This document shows, piece by piece, positions 1-5,042 of a DNA stretch of 5,421 nt. Numbering within the stretch: position 1 is the stretch's first letter; every line of letters begins with the position of its first letter. The DNA comes from Candidatus Nanopusillus sp. (GTDB taxonomy: Archaea; Nanobdellota; Nanobdellia; Nanobdellales; Nanobdellaceae): contig JAPWTW010000013.1 of the NCBI GenBank assembly GCA_028275885.1, positions 1 to 5,421 on the forward strand. Direction: 5' to 3'. The position numbers and the translations under genes were made by a program. The notes beneath the pieces were generated by a model. The model was not told the DNA's origin. It did no database searches and saw only the letters and a list, made by a program, of their open reading frames with translations.

Positions 1-125
1 TTATTAATATGATAATATTTAAATATTGAAGTTAAAATAAATATAATTCCTGCAAGGATTATAATAAATATTGGAAGATAATAACCTATAAAAAGCATGA
101 GACTATCAAAAATTTTTCCTCTCAT
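1..125 (-). CDS. 5' part of a small hydrophobic (membrane) protein ORF that runs off the left edge of the window
   Basis: Hand translation of the minus strand from ATG at 125..123 gives MRGKIFDSLMLFIGYYLPIFIIILAGIIFILTSIFKYYHIN, with no stop before position 1. It has one clear hydrophobic helix and a TATA-like octamer 30 nt upstream (148..155). It is absent from the ORF track, presumably because it is open-ended. No family recognised. Confidence 0.35.
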   Translation of the reverse strand, partial: MRGKIFDSLMLFIGYYLPIFIIILAGIIFILTSIFKYYHIN

Positions 126-147
126 TTATATTTATAATACTTATCTA

Positions 148-155
148 AATATAAA
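148..155 (-). promoter_or_regulatory. TATA-box-like element (TTTATATT on minus strand) for the 125..1 ORF
   Basis: The plus-strand aatataaa at 148..155 reads TTTATATT on the minus strand. The octamer starts 30 nt upstream of the ATG, the same spacing as at the other genes in the window. Confidence 0.35.
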
Positions 156-165
156 TTTTATAGAT

Positions 166-173
166 TTTATAAA
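166..173 (+). promoter_or_regulatory. TATA-box-like element TTTATAAA, leaderless-type promoter for 195..563
   Basis: The octamer starts 29 nt upstream of ATG 195. There is no Shine-Dalgarno-like purine tract between it and the ATG. The identical octamer occurs upstream of the next gene. Confidence 0.5.
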
Positions 174-194
174 TTCTTATAACAAAGTTACAAA

Positions 195-563
195 ATGGAA
201 ATAAAAGAAATAATTGGTTGGGTTGGAATGTTATTAGCTACTTTTTGGGCTGGAATACATATGTTAGTAGCAGGAGCAATAGCGGTAAATGTATCTTTAT
301 TATTAGGAGCATTTGTAGGAATGTTTGTGGCATTATCTATAATATCTGGACTAGTATTCTTATTAAATTGGAAGAAATATTATTTGCCAAACATTATATT
401 TTGGTTAATAATGTTATTAACATTATTTGTAGGATATGTTCAATATATTAGAAAAGGTGATATAAATGCTTTATTTACAAATGTATTGGCTGGGATAGCA
501 CTAGTAATAGATATAATAGAAATATTGTTAGCACTTGTTATTTGGAAAATTGATAAGGAATAA
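195..563 (+). CDS. small integral membrane protein, about 4 predicted transmembrane helices, function unknown
   Basis: 122-aa ORF from the track. It has four hydrophobic stretches (GWVGMLLATFWAGIHMLVAGAIAV, LLLGAFVGMFVALSIISGLVFLL, IIFWLIMLLTLFVGYV, VLAGIALVIDIIEILLALVIW) separated by short polar or basic loops. TATA is at the canonical distance, the stop is TAA and a T5 run follows. No family recognised. Confidence 0.75.
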   Translation: MEIKEIIGWVGMLLATFWAGIHMLVAGAIAVNVSLLLGAFVGMFVALSIISGLVFLLNWKKYYLPNIIFWLIMLLTLFVGYVQYIRKGDINALFTNVLAGIALVIDIIEILLALVIWKIDKE

Positions 564-568
564 TTTTT
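564..568 (+). terminator. oligo-T run (T5) directly after the stop codon, possible archaeal terminator
   Basis: taaTTTTTg lies immediately 3' of the 195..563 stop. T-runs are frequent by chance in DNA this AT-rich, so support is weak. Confidence 0.25.
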
Positions 569-632
569 GATATGATTTATATTTGGAAGTTTATATTATT
601 TTTATATATATTATTTGATCCCTTTTGTTTGA

Positions 633-640
633 TTTATAAA
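633..640 (+). promoter_or_regulatory. TATA-box-like element TTTATAAA, leaderless-type promoter for 664..1311
   Basis: The octamer starts 31 nt upstream of ATG 664. No SD-like sequence is present. Confidence 0.5.
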
Positions 641-663
641 AGTTAATTTACAATCATATTGTT

Positions 664-1311
664 ATGGTAGATACTATCTCAGCACAATCACAATCTGAAA
701 AAATAGATATAGATTTTAAAAGTATACCATTAAATCCATTAGGAAAGAATGATATAAAAAAATTAGAAACATTTCTAATTATAGGTACTCTATATAGACC
801 AGAAATATTGGAATTAATAAAAGATCCTAATGAAAGATCTACATGGATTGATAGTTTAGCAATTGCAGCAGCAGCTTATGCAAGATATAAAGCAGGAATG
901 CCAATAAGTTTAATTGCAGATGAATTGGGAAGATCTGAAGAATCTATAAGAAATCATATTAGTGGAAAAACGAAGGCAGGTTCTCTTATAATAGAAACGT
1001 ATGAAAAATTAAAATCAGGACAATTAAATCTAATTTTGTCATTTAATAGTTCTAATAAAGAATTGGAAGATCTAAAAAATCAAATAAGAAATTTAAAAGA
1101 AGAAATAGAAAAGTTAAGAAAAGAAAGAGACGATCTGAAAAATATCATAAATCAAAAAGATGAAATGATTAAAAATTTGCAAATAGAAATTGGCAAAATA
1201 AAATCCGATTTAGATAAAATTAGTAGAGAAAAGGAGGAAATAATTAATAAATATAAGTTACTACAAAACAAATTGTCGGAAATTAAAAGAATATTAGAAA
1301 ATATTCAATAA
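664..1311 (+). CDS. putative DNA-binding protein: helix-turn-helix-like segment followed by an approximately 85-residue coiled coil
   Basis: 215-aa ORF from the track. Residues about 79-101 (MPISLIADELGRSEESIRNHISG, nt 898..966) look like a classic HTH of the form hydrophobic-x-x-IA-x-x-LG-x-S-x-x-(T/S)-I. Residues about 131-215 (nt 1054..1308) are K/E/I/L/N-rich with heptad-like periodicity (LEDLKNQIRNLKEEIEKLRKERDDLKN...). The promoter is at the canonical distance. Exact family not recognised. Confidence 0.85.
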   Translation: MVDTISAQSQSEKIDIDFKSIPLNPLGKNDIKKLETFLIIGTLYRPEILELIKDPNERSTWIDSLAIAAAAYARYKAGMPISLIADELGRSEESIRNHISGKTKAGSLIIETYEKLKSGQLNLILSFNSSNKELEDLKNQIRNLKEEIEKLRKERDDLKNIINQKDEMIKNLQIEIGKIKSDLDKISREKEEIINKYKLLQNKLSEIKRILENIQ

Positions 1312-1312
1312 A

Positions 1313-1317
1313 TTTTT
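1313..1317 (+). terminator. oligo-T run (T5) just after the stop, possible terminator
   Basis: taaaTTTTTaatt follows the 664..1311 stop. Weak evidence in an AT-rich background. Confidence 0.25.
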
Positions 1318-1432
1318 AATTAAATATTTAATATTAATTCTTTTAACTTCACATAAAATTTTTGTAAGATTTTTGAATGTTATTGGTATATAATATATTT
1401 ATTGTTATTAAATGATTATTGGGATAGAAAAA

Positions 1433-1440
1433 TTTATAAT
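1433..1440 (+). promoter_or_regulatory. TATA-box-like element TTTATAAT preceded by a purine-rich tract, promoter for the 1462 start
   Basis: The octamer starts 29 nt upstream of ATG 1462 and is preceded by agaaaaa, which is BRE-like and purine-rich. The geometry matches the intact genes. Confidence 0.5.
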
Positions 1441-1461
1441 ATTTTCTGACAATATTATCAT

Positions 1462-2489
1462 ATGTCACAAACCCGTGATAAAGAACGAAATACAGAAAAA
1501 TTACTAGAAGAGAGTTTATAAAATACGCAATTATTGGTGGATTAGGAGGTTTAATAATTGGATATAGTTTATCTACTATCTCACCCCATATAGTTTATCA
1601 ACAGCTAAAAGAGGAATTAAGATCGTATACAGGTACAGTTAATCAAACACCATATATATCAACACCAAAACCAGAAACGAAAACCATAACCATAACCGAA
1701 ACTAAAACATATATACAACCTCCAGTTACTAAAACAGTTACAGTATAACGTCCAAGAACCTTAGAAGAAGTATTATTTGGAAATAGTAATCTAGAGTTTA
1801 TACCTTTAAGAATATTAGATGCGAAAGTAGTCGGTAATAATGCATATCTACAAGTAGAGAATCTTTATACAAAAGCAGAATTAGAAATTGAAATTCCTGT
1901 AGAATATGCATCAAAAAGTAATATAAATATATCAGATATAGTTTCAGCAGTAAGAAAAAATAATTCAGATAATAAAAGTAATTATTCAATATACTTTATA
2001 TTAGGAAGAACAAATATAAATAATGCTATTGAACAGGATGGTAAATGGAAACTAGATGCTTCTAAAATATATTATAATATAATAATTTCAGATAAAGATT
2101 GGAAAGATGTATACAATACATTTAAAATTCTAATAAATAGAAAAGCATTAGTATTAATGCCAACTTTGTATAATGGTCCATATTCAAATAGTCTTTGGGG
2201 ATGGAGTAATCAACCAATAAATAGTTATAATAATGTAATAATAGTATATCAAAATGAACAGCAAATAAATGAAGCAATAAATTCTATTAAACTAGCTGGC
2301 TATATTTTAGGAAAACCAAATGATGAAAATCCATCACAGTATGGAATTTTACGCGTAGTTACTGTTGCAACAATAGATAACAAAGGTACATATGAAAATA
2401 GTGCTGCAATTGTTACTGTAAATAAATATATGGGTACATATATAGTATTTATGCAACAAAAAGGCAATTATTTTGTCTCAGATTTGTAA
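1462..2489 (+). pseudogene. disrupted gene for a Tat-signal / N-terminally anchored exported protein of unknown function (about 341 aa if repaired)
   Basis: ATG 1462 (frame 1) gives MSQTRDKERNTEKLLEESL and stops at 1519..1521. Frame 0 is open from 1482: RTKYRKITRREFIKYAIIGGLGGLIIGYSLSTISPHIVYQQLKEELRSYTGTVNQTPYISTPKPETKTITITETKTYIQPPVTKTVTV. It then hits an in-frame TAA at 1746..1748. The same frame continues with no stop and no ATG for 136 codons (RPRTLEEVLFGNSNLEFIPLRILDAKVV...) into the track ORF 2157..2489. That much open frame in AT-rich DNA argues for real coding sequence. The architecture is signal/anchor, Thr/Pro-rich linker, then a globular domain of about 245 aa. Confidence 0.7.
1503..1523 (+). 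other. twin-arginine (Tat) signal motif T-R-R-E-F-I-K, followed by a G/I/L-rich h-region
   Basis: Codons act aga aga gag ttt ata aaa in frame 0 match the consensus (S/T)-R-R-x-F-L-K. The next 16 residues, YAIIGGLGGLIIGYSL, are hydrophobic. Confidence 0.6.
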
Positions 2490-2495
2490 TTTTTT
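2490..2495 (+). terminator. oligo-T run (T6) directly after the 2487..2489 stop
   Basis: taaTTTTTTata. The next ATG is only 14 nt after the stop, so this may instead be AT-rich spacer inside a two-gene transcription unit. Confidence 0.2.
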
Positions 2496-2514
2496 ATATT
2501 AAATGATAAATATA

Positions 2515-2535
2515 AGTAGAAGAGATTTTTTTAAA
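2515..2535 (+). other. twin-arginine (Tat) signal motif S-R-R-D-F-F-K
   Basis: Codons agt aga aga gat ttt ttt aaa, five codons after ATG 2503, match (S/T)-R-R-x-F-L-K. Confidence 0.6.
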
Positions 2536-2830
2536 AGGATTGGCCGGATTGGATGGGGGCTATTATTTTGGGAACTTTAATTTTTTCAATATGGAATAAA
2601 TAAAAGAATAATGGAATTATATAATTATTTGTTAAATAATTATGGAATAAAATTAGATATGATTGGTTTAGAATTATATGGAAATTATATCCATAATAAT
2701 GGAAATATTTCAATGAGTGAATATATGAAAAGTATTATTATGCAATATAAGCAATTTGCAGATAAAAATAATATTAAACTTTTTATAGGTGAATAGGATT
2801 TAGAAATGGGGATTTAGAAGGTTATATAAG

Positions 2831-2878
2831 TTCTGAGGGTTTAGGATATCGGAATAGTCCTTCTGAAGAGGGATATCG
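2831..2878 (+). repeat. imperfect direct repeat inside the 2503..3044 pseudogene (ttctgagggtttaggatatcg / ttctgaagagggatatcg)
   Basis: Both copies share ttctga and ggatatcg (2844..2851 and 2871..2878). They encode SSEGLGYRN / SPSEEGYRA, a small internal duplication. Confidence 0.6.
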
Positions 2879-3061
2879 AGCTACAATAAAATATTATAAA
2901 AACATAATTAATCAATTACGTGATATGGGTATAGAAATAATTAGAATATATAATTGGAATGAATATAATGGTGATCCTTTTGGATTATGGAATAATCCAT
3001 ATGTTAATGATTTAATAGAATATATGATTAATAATTCTAACTAAGAATTAATATTAGAAGA

Positions 3062-3493
3062 TCATATAGCTAATAATACTAAAGCAATAAACATTAATAT
3101 ACTAGCAACAGCTTTTTGAATTGTTATTTTTTCATTTAATATTATAATACTTAATAAAATAACAAATAAAAGACTAGATTTATCTACTATACTAACATTA
3201 CTAGCTTCCCCAATTTTTAGTGCATAAAAGAAAGCTATCCAAGAGAAAGCGCCAAATAAGGCACTCAATATTACAAATATATAATCTTTATTAGACAAAT
3301 TAAATAAGTTGTTTATATCTTTAATTTCTAACATAAATATAATAAATATAACAAGTGTCATAATAATTGATCTAAGGGTTGTTACAGTAATAGAATTTAT
3401 TCCTTGTAATCCAATTTTGGCAAATATAGTAGAAAAAGCTGCAAATAATGCTCCTAATAAAGCATATATAAACCAGGTCGGTATTGAAACCAT
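3062..3493 (-). CDS. EamA-like transporter, single EamA domain (drug/metabolite transporter superfamily), 143 aa
   Basis: ORF from the track with five hydrophobic helices. The N-terminal pattern (W..YALLGALFAAFSTIFAKIGLQGINS) and C-terminal pattern (EASNVSIVDKSSLLFVILLSIIILNEKIT...ILMFIALVLLAI) are typical of half-size EamA/DMT proteins as I remember the family. TATA lies 30 nt upstream. The stop is TGA. Confidence 0.85.
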   Translation of the reverse strand: MVSIPTWFIYALLGALFAAFSTIFAKIGLQGINSITVTTLRSIIMTLVIFIIFMLEIKDINNLFNLSNKDYIFVILSALFGAFSWIAFFYALKIGEASNVSIVDKSSLLFVILLSIIILNEKITIQKAVASILMFIALVLLAI

Positions 3494-3515
3494 ATTCTAT
3501 TTAAATCTTTAGAAA

Positions 3516-3523
3516 TTTAAAAA
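3516..3523 (-). promoter_or_regulatory. TATA-box-like element (TTTTTAAA on minus strand) for the EamA gene
   Basis: The octamer starts 30 nt upstream of the minus-strand ATG at 3493, inside the 87-nt divergent intergenic region 3494..3580. Confidence 0.45.
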
Positions 3524-3580
3524 TATGTTATAATTAAAAAATAGACATAAAAATATGAAATTTTCTATTAATAGTTTATA

Positions 3581-4984
3581 ATGAATATTGATTGGAGTTC
3601 TTTATGGAAAAAAGAAGATTGGTGGGCTTTATGGATCTCTATGGTTATCTTTATACTAAGTATATATTCCCTTTTTGGATGGTTACCGAAGGTTAATATA
3701 TGGATAAACCTTTCTAATATTATTACAACAATTTTTACTCAATATAATTATTTAGGAATATTTTCTATATTTCTTTTATATATATTTACTTTATTTATTC
3801 TCTCAATAGGTGCAAAATTTATGAATATTAATTTAAGAGATTTTATAATAGGTTATACGTTCATTTTCTTTATTTCTTATTTTGTTTGGATTTTAGGATA
3901 TTATGCGTATATATCAGCAACACCAGATCTTTGGAATAAGCTTGGAATTAAATGGTCTTTAGGATTAACTGGTGATATTGGATATATATTTGCGTTAATT
4001 CTCGGATTAATAATATCAAATCTTGTTAAAAATATACCGAAATCATTACAAGTAGCATCAAATTCTTTTTTATATGTAAAGATAGGAATTATATTATTAG
4101 GGATATCTTTGGGAATAGATATTGTAAAAAATTTTAGTTTTGCTTTAAATTTAATAGATAAAATATTTTTATTTTCATTATTATATATATTTTCTGCATG
4201 GACTATTTCATACTTTATATCAAAAAAATTAAAATTGAGTAAAGAAGAATCTGCAGTTATTGCATCAGGTTCTACTGGAACTTCTATATCTTCAATTATT
4301 GTATCTTCAGAATTATTTGGAGTGAATCCGATAATAATTGGTATTTTATATTCTATAATTTTAATAATATCTTCTATTGAACTTTTAATATTACCTTTCA
4401 TTGGATATTATTTATTAAAAGGATATCCAATAGCAGCTGCTTCTTGGGTAACTTCTTCCATAAAAACAGATTGTACATCACTTACAGCTGGAGTTTTAGA
4501 ATCAAATCTTTTCTCATCAAATGGATGGATATTGTATACTTCTACTCTTTCAAAAATATTTATTGACTTTTTACTTGTTTTATGGATATTTATTCTGTCA
4601 ATAGTTTGGAATATAAGAAACAAAAATAAAGTTTCAGTAATTGATTTATGGTATAAAATGCCAAAATTTATTTTTGGATTTTTCTTAATATTTTTATTAA
4701 CAATAATTTTACAAAAAATCTTCAATTTTGATTTATCAAATACTTATTTGCAAGTAGGAACTTTTATACAATTTTTCTTTTTATTAACATTCTTTTCCAT
4801 TGGATTATCAACTAATATAAGAAAGATAAAAGATATCAAAGCAAAGAAACTAATTTTCTCATTTTTAATATCTTTATTGATTATTATTATTATTAGTTTA
4901 ATATTATCTATTATAATTTTTAGTAATATTACTTTATCTGGCGAAATTCAAACATCCAATTTAACCTGCCAGGTTTATAAATAG
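3581..4984 (+). CDS. polytopic membrane protein, YeiH/UPF0324-like (putative sulfate-exporter-family transporter, PF03601-type)
   Basis: 467-aa ORF from the track, hydrophobic throughout. It has colinear blocks resembling E. coli YeiH as I recall it: KIGIILLGISLGI vs LGIILYGFRLTF; IASGSTGTSISS vs IGAGSSICGAAA; MPKFIFGFFLIFLL vs IPWFAILFIVVAIF; FFSIGLSTNIRKIKDIKAKKLIF vs AALGLTTHVSALKKAGAKPLLM. Only a weaker TATA candidate is present (ATAAAAAT, 3547..3554, 34 nt upstream). The stop is TAG. Confidence 0.75.
   Translation: MNIDWSSLWKKEDWWALWISMVIFILSIYSLFGWLPKVNIWINLSNIITTIFTQYNYLGIFSIFLLYIFTLFILSIGAKFMNINLRDFIIGYTFIFFISYFVWILGYYAYISATPDLWNKLGIKWSLGLTGDIGYIFALILGLIISNLVKNIPKSLQVASNSFLYVKIGIILLGISLGIDIVKNFSFALNLIDKIFLFSLLYIFSAWTISYFISKKLKLSKEESAVIASGSTGTSISSIIVSSELFGVNPIIIGILYSIILIISSIELLILPFIGYYLLKGYPIAAASWVTSSIKTDCTSLTAGVLESNLFSSNGWILYTSTLSKIFIDFLLVLWIFILSIVWNIRNKNKVSVIDLWYKMPKFIFGFFLIFLLTIILQKIFNFDLSNTYLQVGTFIQFFFLLTFFSIGLSTNIRKIKDIKAKKLIFSFLISLLIIIIISLILSIIIFSNITLSGEIQTSNLTCQVYK
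4880..4894 (+). repeat. (ATT)5 trinucleotide run encoding Ile5 in the last transmembrane helix of 3581..4984
   Basis: att att att att att read directly, in frame with the CDS. It is a potential slippage site but in-frame. Confidence 0.9.
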
Positions 4985-5042
4985 ACCCTACTACTAAATA
5001 ATAAAAATAAAAAATTTTTGCTTGGATAAATTAATGATATGA

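Larger units (their letters stand above)
2503..3044 (+). pseudogene. disrupted gene for a second Tat-signal exported protein; C-terminal part faintly glycosidase-like, function not established
   Basis: ATG 2503 (frame 1) gives MINISRRDFFKRIGRIGWGLLFWEL, then TAA at 2578..2580. Frame 1 reopens immediately (FFQYGINKRIMELYNY...KLFIGE) and ends at TAG 2794..2796. Frame 0 then continues from 2793 (IGFRNGDLEGYISSEGLGYRNSPSEEGYRATIKYYKNIINQLRDMGIEIIRIYNWNEYNGDPFGLWNNPYVNDLIEYMINNSN) to TAA 3042..3044. Frame 2 is also open over 2516..2599 (VEEIFLKGLAGLDGGYYFGNFNFFNME), so the first lesion is either a nonsense codon or a pair of frameshifts. Restoring one base in gaa-ta?-gga would give FIGE-Y-GF, which resembles the GE[FYW]G nucleophile strand of clan GH-A glycosidases. 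The repaired protein is only about 180 aa, so this resemblance is weak. Confidence 0.6.

Noticed and set aside
218-451. Track ORF (77 aa, plus strand) overlapping 195..563 in another frame
   Set aside because: It lies entirely inside the better-supported 122-aa membrane-protein frame. That frame has the correctly spaced TATA and a coherent four-helix hydrophobicity pattern. The 77-aa product is compositionally odd (C/R/N/I-rich) and has no promoter of its own.
1319-1332. Perfect 14-bp palindrome attaaatatttaat just after the 664..1311 terminator T-run
   Set aside because: It is AT-only, and palindromes of this length are expected by chance in intergenic DNA of this composition. A hairpin would be very weak, and I saw no second copy elsewhere.
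1411-1449. Possible C/D-box sRNA (aatgatta as a C-box-like element, ctga at 1446..1449 as a D box) in the 1312..1461 intergenic region
   Set aside because: The C box is imperfect (UGAUUA rather than UGAUGA). There are no internal C' or D' boxes and the boxes are only about 34 nt apart. There is no terminal stem, and the span coincides with the TATA box of the 1462 gene. An ATGATGA at about 2329..2335 is inside coding sequence and has no downstream CTGA.
1412-1507. Small plus-strand ORF (31 aa, MIIGIEKFIIFSDNIIICHKPVIKNEIQKNY) upstream of and overlapping the 1462 start
   Set aside because: I first thought it joined the downstream frame through an in-frame TAG. Re-indexing showed it is in a different frame (frame 2) from the TRREFIK frame (frame 0). 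It contains the TATA box of the 1462 gene and has no support of its own.
1798-1989. Track ORF (63 aa, minus strand)
   Set aside because: It is antisense to the long open frame of the 1462..2489 gene. Its Y/L/F/I-rich low-complexity product is typical of the complement of AT-rich coding sequence.
2157-2489. Track ORF (110 aa) as a stand-alone gene
   Set aside because: The same frame is open for 136 further codons upstream without an ATG, back to the TAA at 1746. No TATA lies at the usual distance from ATG 2157. It is the ATG-delimited tail of the larger disrupted gene.
2537-2560. Locally GC-rich patch with direct repeat ggattgg-cc-ggattgg (possible structured RNA or tRNA fragment)
   Set aside because: At about 24 nt it is too short for a tRNA or other structured RNA, and it has no complementary arm nearby. 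It is explained by Gly/Ala/Trp/Arg codons in the signal-peptide region of the 2503 gene, in either candidate frame.
2531-2713. Track ORF (60 aa, minus strand)
   Set aside because: It is antisense to the 2503..3044 gene remnants. The product is Y/N/F/I-rich low-complexity sequence, and there is no promoter geometry.
2611-2796. Track ORF (61 aa) as a stand-alone gene
   Set aside because: Its frame is open upstream to 2581 and connects, across one TAA, to the Tat-signal start at 2503. Downstream the sequence continues in the -1 frame to 3044. It is a fragment of the disrupted gene.
3309-3512. Track ORF (67 aa, plus strand)
   Set aside because: It is antisense to the well-supported EamA gene and extends into its promoter region, so it is a shadow ORF.
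3518-3557. 10-bp direct repeat taaaaatatg (3518..3527 and 3548..3557) exactly 30 bp apart in the EamA / YeiH-like divergent promoter region; also ttctatt near both start codons
   Set aside because: A rough estimate suggests an AT-only 10-mer recurring within an 87-nt, almost pure A/T region is not improbable. Both copies overlap the TATA candidates, so they may simply be the promoters. An operator function cannot be supported from sequence alone.
3901-4725. Two long minus-strand track ORFs (166 aa and 105 aa) in the same antisense frame, separated by a single stop, opposite the YeiH-like gene
   Set aside because: The length is striking for AT-rich DNA. However, in this antisense phase a stop needs a sense-strand T/C-ending codon followed by TAx, or T followed by CAx. 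Such pairs are rare in this Ile/Leu/Ser/Gly-rich membrane protein. The products are low-complexity (I/N/K/D/F-rich) with no recognisable domain, no TATA-spaced start, and complete overlap with a gene showing family-level motif colinearity. Ribosome profiling could test this, but I treat it as a shadow frame.
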